A stretch of 64,000 nucleotides of DNA from Vulcanimicrobiota bacterium (GTDB lineage: Bacteria > Vulcanimicrobiota > Vulcanimicrobiia > Vulcanimicrobiales > Vulcanimicrobiaceae): positions 448,001 to 512,000 of the forward strand of contig CAWCIZ010000003.1 of NCBI GenBank assembly GCA_963795855.1. The letters run 5' to 3'. The notes under the pieces were generated by a model. That model worked only from the letters and a program-made list of their open reading frames with translations. It was not told the DNA's origin and searched no databases. Below are positions 1 through 9,545 of the stretch, one piece after another (position 1 is the stretch's first letter; each line of letters begins with the position of its first letter). Made by a program: the position numbers and the translations under genes.

Positions 1-678
1 GGAGCGACGGTCGCCCAAAAATCCGCCGCGAAGCCCGCGTGCGCGAAGAGCGCGCCGAGCGCTCCGAGCATCAAAGCGTTGAAGACGATCAGATAAAGCG
101 TTCCCAACCCGAGCGTCACGATGCCCGCCGCGAAAGCTCAGGAATGCGACGCGCACGTTGTTGGTGATGATCAGCGAGGACATCATCGCAGAAGCATTCG
201 GCGTGAACGCAAAGTTCGAGTCGTGCAAGCTTTTCGTGATGTGCCCCGGGACGATCGACTCCGGCAGAAGCGCGTAAGCATTGGACGGATCCTTGGCGAC
301 GATGCCATAGGCGACTGCGGCCCAAAGCACCGTCAGGGCGATGCATAGGCCGATGTAGGGCAGCGATCGGCGAAACTCCGCGGGAAACGTTTGAGCGAAG
401 AACCGCGCGATTCGCGCGCGTCCCGTTTCCACGGTCGAACCGTACACGTACGAATGCGCGCGCGCCGTGAGCCGGTTGAGATAATGTACGACTTGCGGAT
501 CGAATCCGTGGCCTTGCGCGTACGCGAGGTCGGACGTGGTCCACCTATACAGCCGGCCGAGTTCGAAGAGTTCGGCCGCCGGCAGCCGCTTGAGGCCGCC
601 GCGCCCAGCGCGCGAAAGCAGTTCCTCGAGCCGTTCCCAAGCGGCCCCGCGTCTGCGCAAGAACGTTCGCTGCTCCAT
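1..678 (-). CDS. Stage II sporulation protein M (SpoIIM/DUF95) family membrane protein, runs off window start; apparent frameshift near 134
   Basis: Manual translation from ATG at 678: MEQRTFLRRRGAAWERLEELL...LGRLYRWTTSDLAYAQ...YLNRLTARAH...IITNNVRVAFLSF, then in the shifted frame AAGIVTLGLGTLYLIVFNALMLG. Typical SpoIIM-family pattern; divergent from an RDD gene as usual. Confidence 0.8.
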   Translation of the reverse strand, partial: MEQRTFLRRRGAAWERLEELLSRAGRGGLKRLPAAELFELGRLYRWTTSDLAYAQGHGFDPQVVHYLNRLTARAHSYVYGSTVETGRARIARFFAQTFPAEFRRSLPYIGLCIALTVLWAAVAYGIVAKDPSNAYALLPESIVPGHITKSLHDSNFAFTPNASAMMSSLIITNNVRVAFLSFRGGHRDARVGNALSDRLQRFDARSARRALRARGLRGGFLGDRRS

Positions 679-743
679 GTTAAGCAGCGCTTCGCCTTGG
701 ACCGGAGCTTGTCCTGAACGCGACGAAAGACGATTACTCGCAT

Positions 744-1487
744 ATGGATCGATCGGTCAGCGTCAGAACGCCCGAAAGTATTTCGTTCTCGTACGAGCTC
801 GCCGGTCTCGGGAGCCGCTTCTTGGCGCTCGCGTTCGACATGTTCGTTCAGGTCGTGCTGTTCTTCGGGATTCTTTGGGCGATCACGCTGATCGCTTCGC
901 ACGCCGGCCCCCAGCAGCGTCACGGCGCACCCGGCGCGGGGGCGGCGGAGTCGTTCGGCATCGCAATTATCGTCACGATCGTATTCGTGCTTTTTTTCGG
1001 CTACTTCATCGCGTTCGAAGGCTTGTGGAACGGCGCCACGCCGGGGAAGAAACTGCTGGGAATCCGCGTAGTGCGCGACGGCGGTTATCCGCTCGATCTC
1101 GGCGCCTCCTTCATCCGCAACGTCATCCGAATCGGTGAATTAGCGCTCGCGTTCTACGCGGTAAGCGCCCTGATCACGCTGCTTTCGCCGGAAAACAAAC
1201 GGCTGGGCGACATGGCTGCCGGCACGCTCGTCGTGCGCGACTCACGCGTGCAGCAATTGCACGCGATACTGGAAAAGGCCGAGGTACCCGAAGCGCGAGC
1301 TGCCATGCTGAGCCAAGACGAGCACGCGATTATCGATCGCTTCATCGCGCGCCGCTCCGCGATGGCGCCGCAAGCGCGGCGCGAACTCGCGTTCCGAATC
1401 GCGGATCGCGTGCGCAAACGCGTCTCGAGCGATTTGCAGCGCTTGGACGACGAAGATCTTTTGGAGCGCCTCAGCGTTTCTTCGTGA
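744..1487 (+). CDS. RDD family membrane protein
   Basis: AGLGSRFLALAFD...GATPGKKLLGIRVV...RLGDMAAGTLVV signatures. Confidence 0.9.
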   Translation: MDRSVSVRTPESISFSYELAGLGSRFLALAFDMFVQVVLFFGILWAITLIASHAGPQQRHGAPGAGAAESFGIAIIVTIVFVLFFGYFIAFEGLWNGATPGKKLLGIRVVRDGGYPLDLGASFIRNVIRIGELALAFYAVSALITLLSPENKRLGDMAAGTLVVRDSRVQQLHAILEKAEVPEARAAMLSQDEHAIIDRFIARRSAMAPQARRELAFRIADRVRKRVSSDLQRLDDEDLLERLSVSS

Positions 1488-2460
1488 GCCGCGCGAGCAA
1501 ATCGCGAGCGAAGATCATCGCTTCGTTCTTCGTGCTTTCGTACAGCGATTTCGCTTGCCCGCTGCTCATCTCCCGGCCGTGCTCGTAATAGAAGGTCACG
1601 CCTTCGCCGACGACGATCGTTCCAGCATAGGCGATGGCGCCTTTGATGGCGATGCCGGCGATTGGAATGAATCCTGAAAGTTCGCGCGCGAGGGAACGCC
1701 AACCGAATCCGCCGCCGATCACGGGCAGCAATTGCCACATGCGCTGCACGTCGGGATCTTTTCCGTATGCCGCCTCGATGTGCAGCAGCAGCATCATCTG
1801 AATTCCGGTGATCGCCATCATGTCGCCCGCGGATGCAAAAACGCCCATAACCAAGCCGATCACCGGAATATGATCGACGACGGCGCTTGCGAGTGCAACT
1901 TTCAGCGCGTTGTTCGCGGCGTCTCGCGTAAGCTTCGCGGCGACGCTTTCGCGCATCGGAGGCAGGCATCGCCCGACGGCGATCTCGATGCCCTTGCACA
2001 GATCGACGATGTGCGGAAAGACGCGGCCGCGCAGCGCATCCCGGGAAATGGCGGGGACGGTGTATTCCGCAAATTGGCCGCGCGGCGGGGGTGCGGATGG
2101 TCCTGAAGGCTGCGCGGCGTCGTCGACCGTGATCGCGATAATCGGCAAGTTCAGCGCGCGCAGCGGCGACATCGTCGTGCCCGAAACGTCCCCGCCGCGG
2201 CCGAGAAACAGCACCACGCGCGCTTCCGCGGCGACGGTCGCCTGCGCCATGCCGGGAACGATGGTTTCCAAGCATGCCGCGGCGTCGAGCGGAACCGAAT
2301 CGTCGGCATGCCCGGACAGCAGAAACGTGCGCATCGCGGCGACCAGCGCGGGATCCCCGCAGAGATAGAACCGAAACGGTTTGCGCACGTTCGCGTGCAC
2401 CGTCTTGACGTCGATGCCTTTGCGAACGAGTCGCAGGATGTCGCCGGTCGCCGCTGCCAT
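1471..2460 (-). CDS. DUF697/YcjF-like protein with N-terminal alpha/beta domain
   Basis: C-terminal IPVIG...DMMAITGIQMMLLLHIEAAYG...IPIAGIAIKGAIAYAGT resembles the DUF697 helical domain. Confidence 0.6.
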   Translation of the reverse strand: MAAATGDILRLVRKGIDVKTVHANVRKPFRFYLCGDPALVAAMRTFLLSGHADDSVPLDAAACLETIVPGMAQATVAAEARVVLFLGRGGDVSGTTMSPLRALNLPIIAITVDDAAQPSGPSAPPPRGQFAEYTVPAISRDALRGRVFPHIVDLCKGIEIAVGRCLPPMRESVAAKLTRDAANNALKVALASAVVDHIPVIGLVMGVFASAGDMMAITGIQMMLLLHIEAAYGKDPDVQRMWQLLPVIGGGFGWRSLARELSGFIPIAGIAIKGAIAYAGTIVVGEGVTFYYEHGREMSSGQAKSLYESTKNEAMIFARDLLARLTKKR

Positions 2461-2465
2461 GCTTC

Positions 2466-4514
2466 TTACGTACCCGCGGCTTGGCGCCGTGTTACACCGT
2501 TCGGGTGCTGTTCGCTCTGCGGGCTGTCCGTGTAATCCAAGTAGATGAGGCCCAGGAAGATTTCGAGCGCCTCGGCGTGCATACCGCGTGCGTTGGCCAC
2601 GTCTACGATGCTGCGGTGGGTCTGATGGGATTCGCGAATGATCGCCTGCGGCGTCGTCTTCATGTCGGCGGCGACGATCGAGGCGGCGGTGAGTTCGCCC
2701 GGCGTCACGTTGTCGTGCAGCATGTCCAGGTAGCTCAGGTCGTCCACGTTCCAGCGCACGTTAATCGCCTTTTGCAGGGTTGAATAGCGCTGCGCCGAGC
2801 TCCCCAGGCCAAGCAGCGTGATGCGCGCCGAGAGCTGGCGAGAACGCGCCATGTTGTACAGCTGCGCCGCTTGCGATGCCGACACCGCGGCCTGCCCGAG
2901 CGATTGCTGCGCCTTCTGCATGTACGGCACGAGCGACTCGTAGTCCATCTGACTGATGTCGTTGAAGTAATTGAGATTCACTTGCTGCAGGCGCTTGATG
3001 AATGCGTCGAGATCGCCCAGCCCGTCATCGAGCTGCATTGCGGAGGCACGTCCCGCGTCGACCGCGCGCTCCATGTCGCCGTCGGCCGTGGTGAGATCGC
3101 TCAGCATCTCCGGATACGACGGCAGAATAGCGATCGTGTCCGAGGGAACGGGCGTCATGTGCAGCGGAGATTTCATTTGCGCGAGAATATCCGCGTTTTC
3201 TTTGAGCAGGCCGCTCGGAGTATTCGTCTTCGGGTCGAGCGAGCCGACGTTGTCGATTGCTTGCGATGAATCTTCCAGCGCGCTATTGATCGACCGCGCC
3301 ATGCCGGACAGGCTGCGTTCGACCGCTTGCAGACGCGAGCCCGGCTTGATCTCGATGCGGCTGAAGTCGGGGATTTCGTATTCGATCGTCTGCAGACGGT
3401 TCTGCAGCGATTTGAGTTGGTTGCGGCCTTCGTCGTGCCGCGCGCCGATCTGCGCCGCGGCCTGCGATTGCACGCCGCCCGCTTGGGCAAGCTGTTCCTG
3501 CAGCGAGGCCAGATTCGGACGCGTGAGATCGACTCGCCGGACTTCCATCGCGCGCAGAGCTTCGATCCGTGCCTGCGCGGCGGCTTTGACTTGCGGGGAA
3601 CCGCTCTGCGCGAGTTCGCCCAGCGTTTGTTCGCTGCGGCTCGTCAACCCCAATGCGAGCTGCGTCTGCCCTAGAGCGAGCAGCGCCTGCTGATTGTTCG
3701 GATCTTTCTTCAGAATGTCGCCGAGTTCGATGCCGGCGACGCTGTATCGCGCTTCGTCCAAGTCGTGCAGCGCCCAGACGAGTCGTTGCGGCGCGTTCGT
3801 CTTCGTCGGATCCAACTCCGGGTAGCCGAGCAGATGCGCGACGCGCTGCGCGCCGCCGGGGTGATCCTGGAAATACTTGCTGACGATGTCGTTGTGATCC
3901 GCGTCAAGCGCCATCAAATGCTGCTGCATCGAGAGCATCGCCTCGGGGTCGTAACCCGCGCGCGACATCAGGAGCAATCCGTACCGGTCGGCCTGCAGTT
4001 CGTCCAGGCGAGACATCTTCGCGATCGCACCCGCCTGCAAGAGGTTGCCGAAGTTGTAGATGAAGGGCGAAAACAGCGAGGCTATTCCGAGAAGCAGGCT
4101 CAAAATGTTCGCTTTGGTCTGCAAGGTCACGGCATGTCGCCGCTCGATGTGGCCGGTTTCGTGACCGATCACACCCGCCAGTTCGTCGTCGGACTGCACG
4201 AAGTCGAGCAGGCCTTCATTCACGTAGACGTATCCGCCCATCGTCGAAAACGCATTGACGTCGCTTTCGTTCAAAATTTTGATGTTGTACGGGACGTCTT
4301 TGCGGGCGGTCTCCGCCCAGAGCTTTTGCGAAATGGTCTGCACCCACTGGTTGAGCAGCGGATCCGTCTCCACGACGTTGCTCTCGACGATCTGCTGATC
4401 GTACGCGCGTCCCATCTCGATTTCGCCCTGCGTGGAAAGCGCAAGCGCAGGTGACGGGCACATGGCACCGAGCAATGAAATGATGACGGCGATCGGAATT
4501 ATGCGACGAAGCAT
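2466..4514 (-). CDS. Secreted M48 family zinc metalloprotease (BepA-like) with TPR and long C-terminal helical region
   Basis: Signal peptide; VNAF..GGYVYV; HETGH (HExxH); ELQAD; DHP motif; TPR-like segment. Confidence 0.85.
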   Translation of the reverse strand: MLRRIIPIAVIISLLGAMCPSPALALSTQGEIEMGRAYDQQIVESNVVETDPLLNQWVQTISQKLWAETARKDVPYNIKILNESDVNAFSTMGGYVYVNEGLLDFVQSDDELAGVIGHETGHIERRHAVTLQTKANILSLLLGIASLFSPFIYNFGNLLQAGAIAKMSRLDELQADRYGLLLMSRAGYDPEAMLSMQQHLMALDADHNDIVSKYFQDHPGGAQRVAHLLGYPELDPTKTNAPQRLVWALHDLDEARYSVAGIELGDILKKDPNNQQALLALGQTQLALGLTSRSEQTLGELAQSGSPQVKAAAQARIEALRAMEVRRVDLTRPNLASLQEQLAQAGGVQSQAAAQIGARHDEGRNQLKSLQNRLQTIEYEIPDFSRIEIKPGSRLQAVERSLSGMARSINSALEDSSQAIDNVGSLDPKTNTPSGLLKENADILAQMKSPLHMTPVPSDTIAILPSYPEMLSDLTTADGDMERAVDAGRASAMQLDDGLGDLDAFIKRLQQVNLNYFNDISQMDYESLVPYMQKAQQSLGQAAVSASQAAQLYNMARSRQLSARITLLGLGSSAQRYSTLQKAINVRWNVDDLSYLDMLHDNVTPGELTAASIVAADMKTTPQAIIRESHQTHRSIVDVANARGMHAEALEIFLGLIYLDYTDSPQSEQHPNGVTRRQAAGT

Positions 4515-4631
4515 GACGTCAATTACCTCTACCCGCGAGGGCGGGCGAATATCATAGGTTCTGGCACTCCCAGAACGTTGGGCGCGGCTCCTGCGTTACC
4601 AAGCGTGCTCGAGGACGTTAAAGGATTATTT

Positions 4632-4682
4632 TGTGCACGGTTTGTGGATAAGCGCAAGAACTTGTGAGAAGGCTGTGGACTT
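4632..4682. promoter_or_regulatory. Cluster of four co-oriented DnaA-box-like 9-mers upstream of minC
   Basis: TGTGCACGG 4632, TGTGGATAA 4643 (perfect reverse complement of TTATCCACA), TGTGAGAAG 4663, TGTGGACTT 4674; start-to-start spacing 11/20/11. Confidence 0.6.
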
Positions 4683-4718
4683 CGCAGGCCGAGCTTTCCC
4701 CCATCCGAATCGGGCGCG

Positions 4719-5552
4719 TTGATGGCGGTATTGCGGGGCAGGGGATTGGGTCTGGAAATCGCGCTGGGAGGATGCGATTTCGAGGGCGCCCTTGCCGAAC
4801 TGCAAAGCAAACTCGGCGAGCGTCCCGGATATTACTCCGGAACGCCGGCCACTGCCGCGCTCGGACGCACGAGCCTTTCCAACGAGCAGCTCGAGCGTTT
4901 GCGCGGCGTCTTGCAGCACCATGGCATCGCACTTGAGGCACTGTCCGGCGGTCTTGACCTTGAACCGCTCGCGACGGCGGCCGGGTTGCGATTCGCGGCG
5001 TTGGACGACGGTGGTGAAGAGCTTGCGCGGCGCCGTGCGCTGCGTCCGAAACGCGAGGTACATCTTTCGGACGCGGCGCGCTCGCTGGTTGCCGACTTCG
5101 CGGGCGCGCGCTCCGATATTGCGGATCGCCGCAAACGCGGGGAGGCAAGCGTACGCCGTGCCGCCGTCGCAACGCCCACGCCCGCCGCAGCGGTGCAGCC
5201 GGAAAGCGCGCCTGTCCCCGGCACGCTTTATCACGTCGGCACCCTGCGCGGCGGGCAGGCGCTCGCGCACGTCGGAAACATCGTCGTCATCGGCGACGTG
5301 AATCCCGGCGCGGAACTCGTCGCCGGCGGCGACATCGTCGTCTTCGGCGCGCTGCGCGGCGTCGCGCATGCGGGAGCGCAAGGCGATGCCTCGGCTCGCG
5401 TGCATGCGATCGAACTCGCGCCCACGCAGCTGCGCATCGCGGCGCTGATCGCCGCCGATGCGGGAGATCGCGGAGAAACGCCGATACACGCAGAAACGGC
5501 GTGCGTGCAAAACGATCGCATCGTCATCTATCCAAGGGAGAAAGCACCGTGA
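4719..5552 (+). CDS. minC: Septum site-determining protein MinC
   Basis: C-terminal beta-helix GTLRGGQ...GNIVVIGDVNPGAELVAGGDIVVFGALRGVAHAGAQG...PTQLRIA. Confidence 0.93.
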   Translation: MMAVLRGRGLGLEIALGGCDFEGALAELQSKLGERPGYYSGTPATAALGRTSLSNEQLERLRGVLQHHGIALEALSGGLDLEPLATAAGLRFAALDDGGEELARRRALRPKREVHLSDAARSLVADFAGARSDIADRRKRGEASVRRAAVATPTPAAAVQPESAPVPGTLYHVGTLRGGQALAHVGNIVVIGDVNPGAELVAGGDIVVFGALRGVAHAGAQGDASARVHAIELAPTQLRIAALIAADAGDRGETPIHAETACVQNDRIVIYPREKAP

Positions 5553-6340
5553 GCGCTCGCAAGATCGTTTTTACGTCCGGCAAAGGCGGCGTCGGTAAAA
5601 CGACGACGACCGTGAACGTCGGCGCGGCGCTCGCGAAGCGAGGTCATCGCGTAATCCTCGTCGACGCGGATATCGGGCTGCGCAATCTGGATTTGGTGCT
5701 CGGCTTGGAAAAGCGCATCGTCTTCGACGTGGTCGAAGTCGTCGAGGGCCGCTGTCAGTTGCGGCAAGCGCTCATTAAAGACAAGCGCTTCGAAGCGCTT
5801 TCAATTTTGCCGGCGGCGCAAACGCGCGACAAAGACGCAGTCACCGAAGAGCAGATGGCGGTGGTGATGAACGACTTGGCGTCGATGTGCGATTACGTCC
5901 TCATCGATTGCCCGGCCGGCATCGAAGCGGGATTTCGCAACGCGATCGCCGGCGCGAACGAAGCCATCGTCGTGACGACGCCGGAGGTAAGCGCGATTCG
6001 CGACGCCGACCGCGTCATCGGCAAGCTGTCCGAACGCAGCCTTCCACTGCGTTTAATCGTCAACCGCATCCGTCCGGAGATGGTGCGCAGCGGCGACATG
6101 CTCTCGGTCGAAGACGTATGCGAGATTCTTTCCGCCGAGTTGCTCGGCATCGTCCCCGACGACGAAGAGATCATCGACACGACCAACAAGGGCGAGCCGG
6201 TCGTGCTCGCGGAGGCCAGCCGTCTGCGCGTGATTTACGATAAGATCGCGCGCCGCTTGGAAGGCGAGCTCGTTCCGTTCACCAATTTGGACAGTACCGG
6301 ATTTCTCGGACGCATTTTCGGCGCGTTGAAAGCAGGCTAA
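5549..6340 (+). CDS. minD: Septum site-determining ATPase MinD (copy 1)
   Basis: GTG start overlapping the minC stop; SGKGGVGKTT deviant Walker A; DADIGLRNLD; DCPAGIE; C-terminal amphipathic helix GFLGRIFG. Confidence 0.95.
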   Translation: MSARKIVFTSGKGGVGKTTTTVNVGAALAKRGHRVILVDADIGLRNLDLVLGLEKRIVFDVVEVVEGRCQLRQALIKDKRFEALSILPAAQTRDKDAVTEEQMAVVMNDLASMCDYVLIDCPAGIEAGFRNAIAGANEAIVVTTPEVSAIRDADRVIGKLSERSLPLRLIVNRIRPEMVRSGDMLSVEDVCEILSAELLGIVPDDEEIIDTTNKGEPVVLAEASRLRVIYDKIARRLEGELVPFTNLDSTGFLGRIFGALKAG

Positions 6341-6342
6341 GC

Positions 6343-7197
6343 ATGCACGTCCTTCAGCAGTCCCAAGACGACGACGACGCCCGCAGCGCTGCCGCGCCGG
6401 TAAAATTGGGGCGCGCGATCGTCATCACGTCGGGCAAGGGCGGCGTCGGAAAAACGACCACCACCGCAAACCTGGGCACTGCGCTGGCCAAGCGCGGCGC
6501 AAGCGTCGTGCTGGTGGACGCGGACGTAGGCCTGCGCAATCTGGACATCGTGATGGGTCTGGAAAGCCGCGTGAAATATCACGTGCTGGACGTGCTCGAG
6601 GAGAAGGCCTCCATCGACGAGGCGCTCGTGCGAGACAAACATTCATCCAGGCTGCACTTGCTGGCAGCGGCGCAAACCCGCGAAAAGGACGAGGTCGAGA
6701 CCGAAAAGATGCGCGCGCTGGTGGAAACGCTGCGCGAACGGTTCGACTACGTGCTGATCGATTGCCCCGCGGGCATCGAGATGGGTTTCAAGAATGCGGT
6801 CGTCGGCGCGCAGGAAGCGATCGTTGTCTGCACCCCGGAAGTATCCGCCGTGCGCGACGTCGACCGCGTCATCGGGCTGCTCGGCAATGGCTTCTCGCCG
6901 CAGCTCATCATCAACCGCGTGCGTCCGCAGCTCGTGAAAAAGGGCAAGATGCTCTCGGTCGAGGACGTGAACTCGATTCTGCGGCTGCCGCTTTTGGGCG
7001 TCATCGCGGATGAGCCGGACGTTATCGTCTCGACCAACAAGGGCGAGCCGCTCGCACGGCGCACCGATTCCCCGACGGCCGCGGCGTACCACGCGATCGC
7101 CGCTCGTGTCGCGGGAGAAGACGTGCCGGCGCCGACGGCCGACTACAAGGAATCGTTCGTGAGCAAACTCAGTTCGTTCTTCGGGGGTCGCCGCTGA
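6343..7197 (+). CDS. minD: Septum site-determining ATPase MinD (copy 2)
   Basis: SGKGGVGKTT; DADVGLRNLD; DCPAGIE; C-terminal helix SFVSKLSSFFGG; short acidic N-terminal extension. Confidence 0.93.
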   Translation: MHVLQQSQDDDDARSAAAPVKLGRAIVITSGKGGVGKTTTTANLGTALAKRGASVVLVDADVGLRNLDIVMGLESRVKYHVLDVLEEKASIDEALVRDKHSSRLHLLAAAQTREKDEVETEKMRALVETLRERFDYVLIDCPAGIEMGFKNAVVGAQEAIVVCTPEVSAVRDVDRVIGLLGNGFSPQLIINRVRPQLVKKGKMLSVEDVNSILRLPLLGVIADEPDVIVSTNKGEPLARRTDSPTAAAYHAIAARVAGEDVPAPTADYKESFVSKLSSFFGGRR

Positions 7198-7199
7198 CG

Positions 7200-7661
7200 A
7201 TGATCGACTTTTTCAATCGCCTGTTCGGGCGCCAAACCTCCGGTGCAACCGCGAAAGAACGTTTGCGGCTCGTGCTCATGTCCGATCACCTCTCGCTTGC
7301 GCCCGAGATGATCGAGGCGATGAAACGCGATTTGGTCGACGTGATTTCCAAGTACGTCGAAGTGGACCGCGACAAAATCGACGTGCATTTCGAACACGAG
7401 GAGCAGCGCCTCGCCATGCTCGCCAACATTCCGATTACCGGAGTGAACCGGAGCGGCGGCAACGGGTCGGGCACGGCGCAGAAGCGCGAGTCTCCCGCAC
7501 CAGAAATACGCCCGTCCGAGATTGCGGAAGCGCCGGCGGTCGAAACCGAGGCATCGACGAACTCGTCGAACGGCAACGGTCAGCGTCGTCGCAAGCGCCG
7601 CAAGAGCGGCCAACATCAAAGCGGCCCCGCGCAAACGGGATCGCCTGCTCCGGCCACTTAA
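7200..7661 (+). CDS. minE: Cell division topological specificity factor MinE with C-terminal low-complexity tail
   Basis: MIDFFNRLFG..SGATAKERLRLVL...DLVDVISKYVEVD...LANIPI. Confidence 0.92.
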   Translation: MIDFFNRLFGRQTSGATAKERLRLVLMSDHLSLAPEMIEAMKRDLVDVISKYVEVDRDKIDVHFEHEEQRLAMLANIPITGVNRSGGNGSGTAQKRESPAPEIRPSEIAEAPAVETEASTNSSNGNGQRRRKRRKSGQHQSGPAQTGSPAPAT

Positions 7662-7739
7662 AAGCAAACGAACGAGCGCGTGCTAGGCGTGCTCGCTTGA
7701 AAGGGACAGCCGCGGCCATCTGCCGATAACTGATGTGGA

Positions 7740-8873
7740 ATGGCCACCATCGCACTCCCGTTCGAGACGCGGCGCTACCTGCGCAACGTCAATTGGTATT
7801 TGATCGCGTCGGCTGCGGTGCTGACGATTTTTGGTTTCGTGGCGATTCAGTCGGCGGATTTGCACTCCGCCGGAGCAGCATCGGAATACAAGAAGCAGAT
7901 CTTTTATTCGATCGTCGGCGTCGCGGTGATGTACCTGTTCTCACGGGTCGACTATCGCAATTTCCAGCAGTGGGCACCGTGGCTGTACGGTGCGAACTTG
8001 CTGATCCTCGCGTTCGTACTCAAGGGCGGACATAACGCGCTCGGCGCGCAGCGCTGGATCTCGTTGGGACCGCTCGGGACGTTTCAGCCGTCGGAGCCTG
8101 CAAAGCTCATTCTCGCAATCTTCATCGCTTGGGGATTGTGCAAGTGGCCGTTCTACCGTATCGAGGATATGGCGCGTCCCCTCCTCGCGGTTGGCGTTCC
8201 CGCGCTGCTGATCGTCAAGCAGCCCGATCTCGGAACCACGCTGGTGCTGCTCGCCATTCTTTCAACGCAGCTCTTTTTCGGTTTGGAAAAACTGCAGTAC
8301 TTCATCGCGTACGCGGTTGGGGTAGTCGGCACCGCAGCTTTTACAGTCGGCACGAACTTCATTCTCAAGCCGTTCCAAAAAGCGCGATTGCTGGTTTTCT
8401 TGAATCCCAAGGCCGATCCGCAGGGCGCCGGCTACAATCTGAACCAGTCGAAAATTGCAGTCGGAAGCGGCGAATGGTTTGGACGGGGATTGCATCACGG
8501 CACGCAGACGCAATTGAATTTCGTGCCGGAGCACTCGCGGGATTTCATCTTTACGGTCGTCGCCGAAGAGCTTGGGTTTTTGGGCGCTGTCGTGCTCGTG
8601 GTGCTTTACGTCGGCCTGCTGTTCGGCGGAATTCAAGCAATGCTCGCAGCGCGTGATAAATTCGGCTTTCTGCTGGCTGCCGGAATCGTCGGCATGTTCG
8701 CATTTCACATCATCGTCAATGTCGGGATGACGATCGGCATCATGCCGATCACCGGAATTCCCCTGCCTTTCATGTCCTACGGCGGCTCGGCGATCATCAC
8801 GAACTTTGCCGCGGTCGGCATGCTGCTGAACATCTACGCCCAGAAAGACGGCGGCATGATAGGTAACGCTTAA
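7740..8873 (+). CDS. rodA: Rod shape-determining SEDS protein RodA
   Basis: GAQRWI, FQPSEPAK, QPDLGT, GYNLNQSKIAVGSG, PEHSRDFIF, GIPLPFMSYGGS. Confidence 0.93.
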   Translation: MATIALPFETRRYLRNVNWYLIASAAVLTIFGFVAIQSADLHSAGAASEYKKQIFYSIVGVAVMYLFSRVDYRNFQQWAPWLYGANLLILAFVLKGGHNALGAQRWISLGPLGTFQPSEPAKLILAIFIAWGLCKWPFYRIEDMARPLLAVGVPALLIVKQPDLGTTLVLLAILSTQLFFGLEKLQYFIAYAVGVVGTAAFTVGTNFILKPFQKARLLVFLNPKADPQGAGYNLNQSKIAVGSGEWFGRGLHHGTQTQLNFVPEHSRDFIFTVVAEELGFLGAVVLVVLYVGLLFGGIQAMLAARDKFGFLLAAGIVGMFAFHIIVNVGMTIGIMPITGIPLPFMSYGGSAIITNFAAVGMLLNIYAQKDGGMIGNA

Positions 8874-9496
8874 CCGCACACCTGATAGACGGCGCCGAAT
8901 TCTAACCGGGCGATCGGTTTGAACCGAGCGTCGTTTTCGAAAACGTGGCGATGCACCGGCGTATGATAGACGACGAAACACTCGCCGTTGCGCCGCGCCG
9001 CGATCGCTTCAGCCACGCGCGTAAGGGTCCGTTCACCGAATGGATTGTAGAGATACGCGACGAGATCTCCGCGCGGCAGCCGAAATGCCGAAGCGTCCGC
9101 GCGGACGATGCGCAGGTCTTTGCACGCAATCGGCGCTTGCGTTCGACGCCACCGAACGAGGTTCGCCCGAGCCGTCTCGCAGAGAGCCGACGAGACTTCG
9201 ACGCCGATGACTTGCCGAAACCGGCGCAGGCTTGCGAGCATCACCACCCGGCCCATGCCGGCGCCGTAATCCACGAACGTGTAACCCTCGAGCGGTGCGG
9301 GCACCGCGTTCAGCAGCGCGCCGAACTGCGCGACCGGCGTTGCCTCGTAATGCGTCGCGTCGTCGATTGCCTCGCCGATGGCCTCGGGGTCGAGTTCGCC
9401 CAGAAAGAGCAGAGCTTCCGTCACGACCCCATGCTCGGCATCGAAGCGCTGGCCGCTGCGGCGACCGGAGGTGGTGCGCCGGAACGCGTCGTTCAT
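8870..9496 (-). CDS. Class I SAM-dependent methyltransferase
   Basis: FVDYGAGMGR motif I, IGVEVS, YLYNPF; start chosen at ATG 9496. Confidence 0.8.
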   Translation of the reverse strand: MNDAFRRTTSGRRSGQRFDAEHGVVTEALLFLGELDPEAIGEAIDDATHYEATPVAQFGALLNAVPAPLEGYTFVDYGAGMGRVVMLASLRRFRQVIGVEVSSALCETARANLVRWRRTQAPIACKDLRIVRADASAFRLPRGDLVAYLYNPFGERTLTRVAEAIAARRNGECFVVYHTPVHRHVFENDARFKPIARLEFGAVYQVCG

Positions 9497-9545
9497 CGTG
9501 AAGCGGTGATACCACAAGAACGTATAGGTGGGAATACCTACGAAC

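Noticed and set aside
4515..4718. oriC at the DnaA-box cluster
   Set aside because: Only one perfect box, no extended AT-rich unwinding element and no dnaA/dnaN/gidA nearby; kept as a regulatory site only.
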